Origin: a virus
Taxonomy: Duplodnaviria; Caudoviricetes
IMG/VR virus record: IMGVR_UViG_3300027851_000001
Coordinates: 1-59,658 of that record
DNA length: 59,658 bases
Reading direction: 5' to 3' (one strand)
Positions within the stretch are counted from its first letter, which is position 1, and each line of letters opens with the position of its first letter. Below are positions 45,711 through 53,741 of this stretch, in pieces. Both the position numbers and the translations under genes were made by a program. The notes beneath the pieces were generated by a model. That model ran no database searches. It had not been told where the DNA came from and saw nothing but the letters and a program-made list of their open reading frames with translations.

Positions 45711-46064
45711 ATGAAGCACGAACAACCCGAGCCGCAGCCCCACCTGTGGGACGGCACCCCGATGGCCGCGATGCCCTACGTCATCAGCAAGGAGAACTCA
45801 GTGCCAACCAACCACGACGAAACCCTGTGTGGTGAGCGAGAGCTTGCGCTGGTGGCGAAAGTTGAGGCGCAGGCTCGGCGTATTGCTGCGATGGAGAAAG
45901 ATGCTGCTCGGTATTTGTGGCTGCGCAATAACTGGTTCACCATGGGAGCGGCTTACCCGGATGAAAAGGTTAAGTTCTACACCAATTGCACTCGTTGGTC
46001 AGATCAACCGGAAACGAACATTGACGAGGCCGTTGACGCCGAACTTTTGAAGGATCAGAAATGA
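45711..46064 (+). CDS. Hypothetical protein (mosaic, DAARYxWLR motif)
   Basis: AAGGAG RBS; KDAARYLWLRN is a common phage accessory motif. Confidence 0.6.
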   Translation: MKHEQPEPQPHLWDGTPMAAMPYVISKENSVPTNHDETLCGERELALVAKVEAQARRIAAMEKDAARYLWLRNNWFTMGAAYPDEKVKFYTNCTRWSDQPETNIDEAVDAELLKDQK

Positions 46065-46348
46065 CTGAAAAACTGAGGGCGATTGCCATGTTGGACGAGA
46101 TAGACCGGCTGAAGGCGGAGAACGCGGGGCTTCTGGCCATGAAAAGCGATCTGGCCTGCCTCGTTCAACGGCTGGCACGCAAGCACCACGACACCGCACT
46201 GGCGACCAAGGCGATGCAGTACGTGGTTAGAAAAGACCTGATCGGGGACTACATGCGAAACACGGAATTCGGCGTTACCGATGGCGAACTGCAACGACTC
46301 GTGGACACCATCAAGGGCCACGCAGCAAAGGGAGAAAGCCATGAGTGA
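46061..46348 (+). CDS. Hypothetical protein
   Basis: ATGA overlap. Confidence 0.55.
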   Translation: MTEKLRAIAMLDEIDRLKAENAGLLAMKSDLACLVQRLARKHHDTALATKAMQYVVRKDLIGDYMRNTEFGVTDGELQRLVDTIKGHAAKGESHE

Positions 46349-46655
46349 AGCACTGAGACTGGCGGAATACTGTGAAGGGCTTGCATCCGAGATTGACCAC
46401 TCACATTTCACGCACGACCTGCTTGCGTCAGCAGAAGCGCTTCGCCGCCTCGCCAGCGTGGAAGACGAGCTCCACCAGGCGCGGGAAGAGCTTGCAGCGC
46501 TGAGGGCCTCGCTGGGTGAGCCTGTGCCTGAAGTTGTCATCGCCCACTACGGTGGGCAAACCCGAGGTATTGGTTACAGCAAGCTGCAGGCTTTGGTAGA
46601 CCCTGAAAAACTACCTATAGGCGCGAAGCTATACGCCATCAAGGACAAATCATGA
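46341..46655 (+). CDS. Hypothetical protein
   Basis: GGAG RBS; 8-nt overlap. Confidence 0.55.
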   Translation: MSEALRLAEYCEGLASEIDHSHFTHDLLASAEALRRLASVEDELHQAREELAALRASLGEPVPEVVIAHYGGQTRGIGYSKLQALVDPEKLPIGAKLYAIKDKS

Positions 46656-46704
46656 GCAACACCACCGATGACCGGCGCTAGTCCGGTCCATGAATGAGTT
46701 GGGC
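46654..46704 (-). other. attC-like recombination site 2A
   Basis: Minus strand GCCCAAC-TCATT-CAT(G)GACCGG(A)CTAGCG-CCGGTCATC-GGTGGT-GTTGCTC. Confidence 0.7.
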
Positions 46705-46725
46705 TTAGGCCCGGAGAGGAACAAC

Positions 46726-47073
46726 ATGACCTTGGAAGAATTCGTCCGATCTGACATGCAGATGCTGCGAAAGCTGGCCGCTCGCGGAGTGGTAGAAAAA
46801 TCGTACCTGGAAGAAACCGCTGACATGCGGTTGCTGGACCTGGCGCAACGCGCAATGCGAGAGAAACTGAGTCTCGCCAGGCGCAAGGGGCGCGGCGGCT
46901 GGTGGAACCAAGCTGAGTGCTCTATCGACCACCTCAAAGCACTGCTGAGCGATCACGTCGAGAAGGGCGACATGCGCGACGTGATGAACCTGGCCGCGAT
47001 GGTGTACCTGCGTGAGGTCGCCGACGAGCAGCCCAACACCACGATGACCACCGCGCCGCGTGCGGTCGATTAA
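46726..47073 (+). CDS. Cassette gene, hypothetical protein
   Basis: GAGGA RBS; reads through the next attC to a TAA; RRKGRGGWW...HVEKGDMRDVMNLAAM. Confidence 0.7.
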   Translation: MTLEEFVRSDMQMLRKLAARGVVEKSYLEETADMRLLDLAQRAMREKLSLARRKGRGGWWNQAECSIDHLKALLSDHVEKGDMRDVMNLAAMVYLREVADEQPNTTMTTAPRAVD

Positions 47074-47083
47074 CCAGTTCGGC
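47031..47083 (-). other. attC-like recombination site 2B
   Basis: Minus strand GCCGAAC-TGGTT-AAT(C)GACC-GCACGCGGCGCGGT-GGTCATC-GTGGT-GTTGGGC. Confidence 0.7.
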
Positions 47084-47104
47084 ACTGCCGACAGAAAGGA
47101 AACC

Positions 47105-47356
47105 ATGAGCCAAACGCTGGAAGAACTGGGAGACGCGATCACAGACGCGCTGGCGACCAACCCCGTGCAAGACGTGCTCGGCGTGCTGTGCGGCGCGCTG
47201 GTCGGGCTGGTGCGCGAATTGACGATTCGGAGCGGCAACGACCCGGATAAAACCATCACGCTTGATGCAGGTCCGGGGCAACGCAAGATCGAGATTCACG
47301 CGCTGCCGAACACCGAAGTTGACCGGGCCAGCGGGTCCGGTCGGACGCAGAGTTAA
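47105..47356 (+). CDS. Cassette gene, hypothetical protein
   Basis: AAAGGA RBS; the stop lies in GTTAAAC of the next site. Confidence 0.65.
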   Translation: MSQTLEELGDAITDALATNPVQDVLGVLCGALVGLVRELTIRSGNDPDKTITLDAGPGQRKIEIHALPNTEVDRASGSGRTQS

Positions 47357-47358
47357 AC
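47305..47358 (-). other. attC-like recombination site 2C
   Basis: Minus strand GTTTAAC-TCTGC-GTC(C)GACCGG(A)CCCGCTGGC-CCGGTCAAC-TTCGGT-GTTCGGC. Confidence 0.75.
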
Positions 47359-47387
47359 AGGAGCCCGAACGGGCAGAAGGAACCGAA

Positions 47388-47810
47388 ATGCAGATGTGGA
47401 TTGACACCGAGTTCAACGAATACAAGGGCGCGCTGATTTCCATGGCGCTGGTGGCAGAAGACGGGCGCGAGTGGTACGGCGTGCGCTTCTGCGATGACCC
47501 CGGCTGGTGGGTTGGCGAGCATGTGATGCCTTTCCTGAACAAAGAGCCGCAGCGCGACGACTATTTGCGCGCGTCCCTGCACGACTTTTTGGAGCAGTTT
47601 GACAGCGTGCAAATCGTGTCGGATTGGCCCGGAGACATCGCGCACTTCTGCAACTTCTTGGAGTACCGGCCAGGGGACCGCATCGGCCCGGACACGATGA
47701 CTTTTGAGGTGCGCCGCGACTTGCCGGACACAGCGAAAACATCGGCGATCCCACACAACGCACTTGAAGACGCCCGGGCGCTGGCGCGCGGTGCATTGGC
47801 TGCTGTTTAA
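47388..47810 (+). CDS. Cassette gene, DEDD 3'-5' exonuclease-like protein
   Basis: WIDTEFNE...SDWPGDI...PHNALEDARAL (DEDDh); the stop is in GTTTAAC. Confidence 0.75.
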   Translation: MQMWIDTEFNEYKGALISMALVAEDGREWYGVRFCDDPGWWVGEHVMPFLNKEPQRDDYLRASLHDFLEQFDSVQIVSDWPGDIAHFCNFLEYRPGDRIGPDTMTFEVRRDLPDTAKTSAIPHNALEDARALARGALAAV

Positions 47811-47844
47811 CACAAATTCGGGAACACCACCCGTCGCATAACAC
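47805..47844 (-). other. attI-like site of array 2
   Basis: Minus strand GTGTTATGCGACGGGTGGTGTTCCCGAATTTGT-GTTAAAC; homologous to 3525-3560. Confidence 0.6.
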
Positions 47845-47911
47845 CGCCACCACCTGACGCAAGCCATTGATCCACAAGGCTTCACCGAATAACAGAACTT
47901 GGAAACACAAC

Positions 47912-48241
47912 ATGAGCAACACAACAATCATCAGAGGACTTGCGGAGCGGATCGAGCGGGAAGCGCCCGCTGTGCCGGAGGTTGAATTTCGAGTCGCGGT
48001 AGCCAACCTGATTACCTCTATAGACGACCACCTACCAGACGAGGCATTTGCAATGATTCCTACAGCCGATTGGAACCGGGTGACCGCCCACCTTGCCGCA
48101 CCCCAGCAGGCACCACAAGCCGCGCCCATTGCGCGACCACTGAGCGATGAGCAGATCAAGCACCTAGAAGTCTGGCCCCTGATGACCATCACAGAAGTCG
48201 TTCGCGTTATCGAGCGTGCCCACGGCATCAAAGGAGATTGA
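47912..48241 (+). CDS. Hypothetical protein
   Basis: RPLSDEQI...VRVIERAHGI, a common phage accessory motif. Confidence 0.6.
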   Translation: MSNTTIIRGLAERIEREAPAVPEVEFRVAVANLITSIDDHLPDEAFAMIPTADWNRVTAHLAAPQQAPQAAPIARPLSDEQIKHLEVWPLMTITEVVRVIERAHGIKGD

Positions 48242-48242
48242 G

Positions 48243-48665
48243 ATGACTCTTACCCCCGGACCCAAAGAGGTTGAGTTCAACGACTGGTATGACACGAAGT
48301 TCAAGCCGGCAATGGAACGAGGGCCGCTGGATAAATATGTCGCCAGACAGGCATGGTTCGCCAGCGCCCGCGCAATCGAAGCCGCAGCCATCGAGAGCTT
48401 CCTGAACGACAGCGGCCAGTACCTGACCAACGACGCGACACGCGAGGCAACCATTGCCGCAGCAACAGCCCCGCTGCTGGCACGCATCGCCGAACTTGAG
48501 CGACAGCTTTCGCAGCCTGTGGGTGAGCCCGTCTACCAATATCAGCGCGCTGATGGCTCTTGGATTGATCAGACTAAAGCCAGTCACGACTACAACGTTA
48601 GCCACGGGCAGGCCACTGTTCGGACGCTCTACACCCACCCAGCACACGGAAAGGATGCGCCATGA
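48243..48665 (+). CDS. Hypothetical protein
   Basis: GGAG RBS; EPVYQYQ...VRTLYTHP motif. Confidence 0.6.
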   Translation: MTLTPGPKEVEFNDWYDTKFKPAMERGPLDKYVARQAWFASARAIEAAAIESFLNDSGQYLTNDATREATIAAATAPLLARIAELERQLSQPVGEPVYQYQRADGSWIDQTKASHDYNVSHGQATVRTLYTHPAHGKDAP

Positions 48666-48759
48666 CCTACCTCGCCTTCGCGTTGGGCCTCACGGCCGGC
48701 GCCTGCCTCGGCGTGGTCGTCGCGGCCATGGCGTTCGTATCCAAGCAGGAAGATGACAA

Positions 48760-49122
48760 ATGACCAAACTCGTACCCAACAGACGTACCATGGTGAAGAT
48801 CAACCGCTTCACACAGGCCAACCTGATCGCCCTCCTTCTGGAGGGCATGTACACCTGCCAGGAACTGGCCGAGGAGACCGGGCTGCACTACGTCACCGTG
48901 CTGGATTACACCCGCGAGCTGCACCGCGCCAAGGCCGCCTTCATCAAGTGCTGGGAGCCCGACAAGCGGGGCCGGTACAACCGCAAGGTGTATCAGGTGG
49001 GCATCGGCAAAGACGCTGTGCCCCCGCGGCGCACCGCCGCCGAGCGGCAGAAGGCGTACAGGGACAAGCTGGCCGAACACAAGAAGCTGACCGCGCTGGG
49101 GGTGACATGCGCTTCCGAGTAG
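48760..49122 (+). CDS. Winged-HTH-like DNA-binding protein
   Basis: TCQELAEETGLHYVTVLDYTRELHR. Confidence 0.6.
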   Translation: MTKLVPNRRTMVKINRFTQANLIALLLEGMYTCQELAEETGLHYVTVLDYTRELHRAKAAFIKCWEPDKRGRYNRKVYQVGIGKDAVPPRRTAAERQKAYRDKLAEHKKLTALGVTCASE

Positions 49123-49526
49123 TCACTGGCAACACCGCCCGCAACCCGGTGGCGAGAGCCATCGCCCGGCAGAAGGTGCACGACATCCTGCTGACAACCA
49201 AGCTGCGGGTGTATGTGCTGGAGGATGGCATGGACGACTCCCGCTTCATGCACGGGGTACTGAAATCTCTAGTCACCGTGGCGAGAGCCATTGAGCTGGG
49301 CCGCCAGCGGGGCTACCACCAGCTGACTCGCGACGAGACCCGGGACTTCAACGTCCTTCGCGGTGGGGTCTCCGCTCTGGAGCAGAACCTCACGTGCTGG
49401 AACAGCGCCAACGCCGTGGCCATCGAGGCTGCGGTGGACGCCTGCGAACGACTGAACAAAATCGCCCGGACCGACTGCATCGCCGATGCGGCCGAGGAGT
49501 TCGGCGTAACGATAACGAATAGGTAG
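49107..49526 (+). CDS. Hypothetical protein
   Basis: GGGGG RBS; overlaps the upstream gene. Confidence 0.55.
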   Translation: MRFRVVTGNTARNPVARAIARQKVHDILLTTKLRVYVLEDGMDDSRFMHGVLKSLVTVARAIELGRQRGYHQLTRDETRDFNVLRGGVSALEQNLTCWNSANAVAIEAAVDACERLNKIARTDCIADAAEEFGVTITNR

Positions 49527-49535
49527 GAGAACAAC

Positions 49536-49940
49536 ATGAGCGAACTCATCAAGTGGGGCGGCGGCCCCTGCCCGTGCGGGAAGGACGACACCGTGGATAT
49601 TGAGTTGCGCGCTGGTATTTTCCAGCGAGGGGTGGCAGGAGAACTCAGCTGGGGGCACCAAGACCGTGGCTCGGACATCGTCGGCTGGCGCATGGTGAAG
49701 GAAGCCAACCACCCGGATCCTCTGCAGGTGCAGGTCGGTGGCGGGCACTACAAGGACATGGCCATCCAGCCCGTGGAGTTCATCCACGCCAACGGCATCG
49801 GGTACTTCGAGGGCAACGTCGTCAAGTACGTCTCCCGCTGGAGAAAGAAAAACGGCGTCGCTGATCTGGAGAAGGCCCGGCACTACATAGACCTGCTGAT
49901 CGAGCTGGAGGGGCGCCGTAATCCCACGGGATTAAAGTGA
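49536..49940 (+). CDS. DUF3310 (T7 gp1.7/SaV-like) protein
   Basis: QVGGGHY...IQPVEFI...YFEGNVVKYVSRWRKKNGVADLEKARHY. Confidence 0.8.
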   Translation: MSELIKWGGGPCPCGKDDTVDIELRAGIFQRGVAGELSWGHQDRGSDIVGWRMVKEANHPDPLQVQVGGGHYKDMAIQPVEFIHANGIGYFEGNVVKYVSRWRKKNGVADLEKARHYIDLLIELEGRRNPTGLK

Positions 49941-50179
49941 CGGCCTTCGCCATGGGCGAGTACCACCCCGAAGTCACCATCGTTGCCTTTTCCCGTGACG
50001 ATCTCTGCGACATCGCAGACCTCGTTGCGGCGGGGCAACCCCTCGACGGTGTGCATTTGCAGCTGCACCTGCGGGGCAGTACACTGATCTTTCCCACGGG
50101 GGTGAGCGAGGCTCAGCTCCGACGACTTGTTGACTATGCTTCCGTGCTGGATTGGTCCGGCATGGAGAGGAGTAATTGA
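49937..50179 (+). CDS. Hypothetical protein
   Basis: GTGA overlap. Confidence 0.45.
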   Translation: MTAFAMGEYHPEVTIVAFSRDDLCDIADLVAAGQPLDGVHLQLHLRGSTLIFPTGVSEAQLRRLVDYASVLDWSGMERSN

Positions 50180-50631
50180 TGAACGAACCGAAAATACAAA
50201 TGTCCGACGAGGACTGGGACGCCATGCGACTCGATATGCAGGCGAAGGCCGCAGCGAACGGGCGGGCGAACCTCACAGGAACCAGCCTGATCCAGCAGAT
50301 GGAAGAAGCGCGGCGGCGGATGTGGAAAGACCCGTTCGCAACGGGCTACGACCCGCGAGAACAACAGCTTCAGCGGTCGATACGCTACGAGCAGGAGAAG
50401 ATGGAGGGGGTGGTTCGCGACATGGTGCGCCGCGGTGTCCGTGCGGAACTCGACCGCATGAACAGCACCCGCACGGCCATGGTGCAGCTGGAAGTCTGTG
50501 CCGAGGGCGGGTTCACCGTGGTCCACAACGGCGCCAAGTACGCCTGCGCTGACACACAGGCGATGACCGAGCGCATCGTCGCCATCACCGCCGTCATGGC
50601 ACTGGAACAGATGGATAAGGAAAAATCATGA
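50179..50631 (+). CDS. Hypothetical protein
   Basis: GAGGAG RBS. Confidence 0.6.
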   Translation: MNEPKIQMSDEDWDAMRLDMQAKAAANGRANLTGTSLIQQMEEARRRMWKDPFATGYDPREQQLQRSIRYEQEKMEGVVRDMVRRGVRAELDRMNSTRTAMVQLEVCAEGGFTVVHNGAKYACADTQAMTERIVAITAVMALEQMDKEKS

Positions 50632-50924
50632 GACTTGAAATACTCCGGGCCGAGAACGGCTATGTGATGGTGCTCAGCGACGACGCCACTGGGCGAGGGA
50701 AGCGTTTCATCGCCGACGACATCGCCAAGGTGGGAGAGCTTGTTGTGTCGCAGCTCGCCGCTGCCGAACTCGATCGCCAAGATTGGAAGGCCACGGCGGA
50801 CAAGTACGGCCCCGTCGAGGGCGTTGCAGCCAATATCCAGAAACCGCTGTGGCAGACCCCTATCCATGGGGCCGGCGCGCGGGATGACCCGTTGATGGTC
50901 GGTGGTTCCACCGGGGGTTACTGA
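50628..50924 (+). CDS. Hypothetical protein
   Basis: AAGGA RBS; EILRAENGYVM. Confidence 0.6.
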   Translation: MRLEILRAENGYVMVLSDDATGRGKRFIADDIAKVGELVVSQLAAAELDRQDWKATADKYGPVEGVAANIQKPLWQTPIHGAGARDDPLMVGGSTGGY

Positions 50925-53740
50925 TGCCAGATATTTATACGGTGGATTTTGAGTCGATGTACGACACCGACTACTCCCTGTCCAAGATGCAGACCGAGGC
51001 GTATGTGGAGGACGCCCGGTTCGAGACCATCGGCATGGGTATCGGTAAGAACGACGGCAACATCCACTGGTTCACTGAGCCCTCCGACATCACCCACGTG
51101 CTGGACCGCATCAACTGGGACAACTGTGCTGTGCGCGCGCACAACACCCACTTCGACGGGCTGATCCTCTCGCACCGGTACGGCAAGAACCCGGCGCAGT
51201 GGCGCGACACCCTGGCCAGCGGACGCATGATGCGACCCCACTACCGCCAGCACTCGCTGGGCTACATGGCCAAGGCGCTCGGCCTCCCGGACAAGGGCAA
51301 TGAGGTGATCGCTGCCAAGGGCAAACGCCGCGCGGACTTCACGCCGGCCGAGCTGCACGCCTACGGGGAGTACTGTAAGCTGGACACGGCCCTGTGCCGC
51401 ACCATCGGCGACATCTTCGACCCCTACACGCCGGCGCTGTACGAGTACCTGATCGACATGACGGTGCGCATGTTCACGGAGCCCGCGCTGGTGGGCAACC
51501 GGCAGAAGATGCAGGAGTTGTACCAAGCCGAGCTGGACCGCAAGGCGCGCCTGCTGCTGGACGCATCCGTGGACCGCTCGATCATCATGTCGGGCGACAA
51601 GCTGGCCCGCGCGCTGCTGGACCTGGGTGTGGTGGCGCCGCGCAAGGTGAGCCCCAAGACAGGTAAGGAAACATGGGCGTTCGCCAAGACCGACAAGGTG
51701 TTCTGCGACCTGCTGGAGCACGAGGACCCACAGGTGCAGGCACTGGTCGCCGCGCGACTGGGTGTGAAGTCCACCATTGCCGAGACGAGGGCGAAAACTT
51801 ACGCGGAGATGACGGACCGTGGCCCGCTGCGTGTGTTCCTGTCGATGTGGGGCGCCAAGACCACGGGAAGATATTCAGGAACCAACAAGGCGAACTGGCA
51901 GAACCTTCCGGCCCGTGGCCCGGCCGCCGGCCTGCGTGAAGCCATCTGCGCGCCGGTAGGGCACCAGCTGGTGGTGGGCGATTCGTCGAACATCGAGCTA
52001 CGTACTGTCATGTGCTTGGCGGGGCAGTGGGACGTGGTTGAGAAGATCCGCAACGGGGTGGACCTGTACTGCGACTTCGCCTCGCGCCTGTTCGGCCGCA
52101 CCATCACCAAGGCAGACAAGGCCGAGCGGCAGCTGGGCAAGGTCGCGTGCATCGCCGAGGGGCAACTGGTGCTTACGGACAAGGGCCTCGTCCCTATAGA
52201 AGAAATAACGCTGTCCCATTCAGTATGGGATGGGGTAGACTTCGTTCACCACGACGGTGTGGTGTTCAAGGGGGTGCGCGATGTCATCGAATACGACGGG
52301 ATCACGGCAACAGCAGACCATGTCGTTTGCCTGGAGAACGGTGCGTGGTGCAAGCTCGGCGACGCCGCCGGTGCGGGTGCGCGAGTCGCTACAACCGAAC
52401 GAGGTGGGGCGCCGGTTTGGTTCATGGGTTGTGCAATCTACGGAGCTGCGCGAGATGCGCGCGAAGGTGGATTGCCTGTGCGACTGCGGGCGGCGGACGT
52501 GGGTCGGGTTGGAGAGCCTGCTGAACGGAACATCGACACGATGCAAGGGCTGCGCTACGACGGCGCGGCACGCGCGGGACGGGGAGCTGCTGCACGCGAC
52601 TCCGTTGGTGGCGGCGTTGGCACGGCGGGCGCAGGCCATGCGGGCTCGTTGCACACAGCCACAGAATCCGCGATGGGAGTCGTACGGAGGGCGAGGGATA
52701 GAGTTTCGGTTCTCGTCCGTGAAGGAGTGCGTGGAGCACTTGCTCACGCTTCCCGGGTGTTCTATGGAGCTGGAAGTGGATCGACGGGAGAACGCTGGGC
52801 ACTACGAGCATGGGAATCTTCGCTTCGTCACGCGGGTGGAGCAGCAAGCGAACCGGAGAAATACGGCGCGGGTGCAGACCTCCGGTGGCCCAGTGCCGCT
52901 GGTGGATTGGCCCAGCCCGTACAGCCCTGGGCGCACGTACATCTACGCGGTGAAGCTGGACATGCCAGCCGAGGCGATCATTCGGCGGGCACAAACAGCC
53001 GTGGCAGAGAAACGGAAGAACTGGCGGGGGCTGCGAGACCGGCTGGCCGCGCTCGGGTATACGACATAGTCAACGCGGGCCCTCGGCACCGGTTCACCGT
53101 GTCCGGCAAGCTGGTCCACAACTGCCTGTCGCTCCAATATGGGGCGGGTGCCCCCCGCTTCCAAGAAATGGTCAGGATGGAGTCGACGCGGAACCCCGAC
53201 ATGAAGCCGATTTCTATAGAACGGGCAATGGAAGTGGTCGCGCTGTACCGTCAGATTCACCACAAGGTGGTCGACCTGTGGAACTACTGCAACGACGTTG
53301 TGCTTCCCGCCATCGCCCGCGGCGACTTCGGCCGCAACGTGGACGTCAACGGCTGGTTCATCGTGCAGAACGAAGGCTTCGGCCGCCCGGGTGAGCCCGG
53401 CGTCATGTACCATGACCTGCGCTACGACGCCAAGGAACGCGAGTGGACGTACCAGATGGGCAATGAGCGCGTGCGCATATTCGGGCCGAAATTGGTGGAG
53501 AATCTTTCCCAGCACGCTGCTATGATCATAGTCATGTGGCAGACCGCACGGATCAACACCAAGTTCCCGGTGAAGCTGTCGGTGCACGACGAGGCCGTCA
53601 CGGTTCCGGAGGACGCGCGGGTGGCCGAGGCCAAGGCATACGTGCTGGAGTGCCTGTCGCTGGCGCCAGTGTGGTGCCGCGGTGTGATACCCGTGGCGGG
53701 GGAGGTCGGGGTTGGAACAACGTATGCAGGAGCGAAATAA
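50924..53740 (+). CDS. Family A DNA polymerase with an intein
   Basis: Exo motifs VDFES, AHNTHFD, YCKLD; motif A GDSSNIELR; motif B RQLGKVA/CLSLQYG; motif C VHDEAV. Confidence 0.92.
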   Translation: MPDIYTVDFESMYDTDYSLSKMQTEAYVEDARFETIGMGIGKNDGNIHWFTEPSDITHVLDRINWDNCAVRAHNTHFDGLILSHRYGKNPAQWRDTLASGRMMRPHYRQHSLGYMAKALGLPDKGNEVIAAKGKRRADFTPAELHAYGEYCKLDTALCRTIGDIFDPYTPALYEYLIDMTVRMFTEPALVGNRQKMQELYQAELDRKARLLLDASVDRSIIMSGDKLARALLDLGVVAPRKVSPKTGKETWAFAKTDKVFCDLLEHEDPQVQALVAARLGVKSTIAETRAKTYAEMTDRGPLRVFLSMWGAKTTGRYSGTNKANWQNLPARGPAAGLREAICAPVGHQLVVGDSSNIELRTVMCLAGQWDVVEKIRNGVDLYCDFASRLFGRTITKADKAERQLGKVACIAEGQLVLTDKGLVPIEEITLSHSVWDGVDFVHHDGVVFKGVRDVIEYDGITATADHVVCLENGAWCKLGDAAGAGARVATTERGGAPVWFMGCAIYGAARDAREGGLPVRLRAADVGRVGEPAERNIDTMQGLRYDGAARAGRGAAARDSVGGGVGTAGAGHAGSLHTATESAMGVVRRARDRVSVLVREGVRGALAHASRVFYGAGSGSTGERWALRAWESSLRHAGGAASEPEKYGAGADLRWPSAAGGLAQPVQPWAHVHLRGEAGHASRGDHSAGTNSRGRETEELAGAARPAGRARVYDIVNAGPRHRFTVSGKLVHNCLSLQYGAGAPRFQEMVRMESTRNPDMKPISIERAMEVVALYRQIHHKVVDLWNYCNDVVLPAIARGDFGRNVDVNGWFIVQNEGFGRPGEPGVMYHDLRYDAKEREWTYQMGNERVRIFGPKLVENLSQHAAMIIVMWQTARINTKFPVKLSVHDEAVTVPEDARVAEAKAYVLECLSLAPVWCRGVIPVAGEVGVGTTYAGAK
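52148..53122 (+). mobile_element. Intein (325 aa) in polymerase motif B
   Basis: Block A CIAEGQLV, block B ATADH, block F VYDIVN, block G KLVHN followed by an extein Cys. Confidence 0.92.
52341..53069 (+). CDS. HNH homing endonuclease nested in the intein in the +1 frame (start uncertain)
   Basis: GRRFGSWVV...CLCDCG...RCKGC; YGGRGI...EVDRRENAGHYEHGNLRFVTRVEQQANRR; GGAG at 52333 precedes GTG 52341. Confidence 0.8.
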   Translation: MRGASSATPPVRVRESLQPNEVGRRFGSWVVQSTELREMRAKVDCLCDCGRRTWVGLESLLNGTSTRCKGCATTARHARDGELLHATPLVAALARRAQAMRARCTQPQNPRWESYGGRGIEFRFSSVKECVEHLLTLPGCSMELEVDRRENAGHYEHGNLRFVTRVEQQANRRNTARVQTSGGPVPLVDWPSPYSPGRTYIYAVKLDMPAEAIIRRAQTAVAEKRKNWRGLRDRLAALGYTT

Positions 53741-53741
53741 T

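Larger units (their letters stand above)
34189..49934. repeat. 16-bp palindrome TAATCCCRYGGGATTA, 11 dispersed copies
   Basis: Starts at 34189 (last base T), 35502, 36303, 37728, 37950, 38628, 40087, 41037, 42204, 44157 and 49919. Confidence 0.9.

Noticed and set aside
34189-49934. Palindromic repeats as a CRISPR array
   Set aside because: They are only 16 bp, spaced 0.2-5.8 kb apart with genes between them, and no cas operon is present. The Cas4-like nuclease is a standard replication-module exonuclease.
52400-53050. Polymerase pseudogene or frameshift suggested by the odd low-complexity segment
   Set aside because: The segment lies within an intein with intact splicing blocks, and removing the intein restores motif B.
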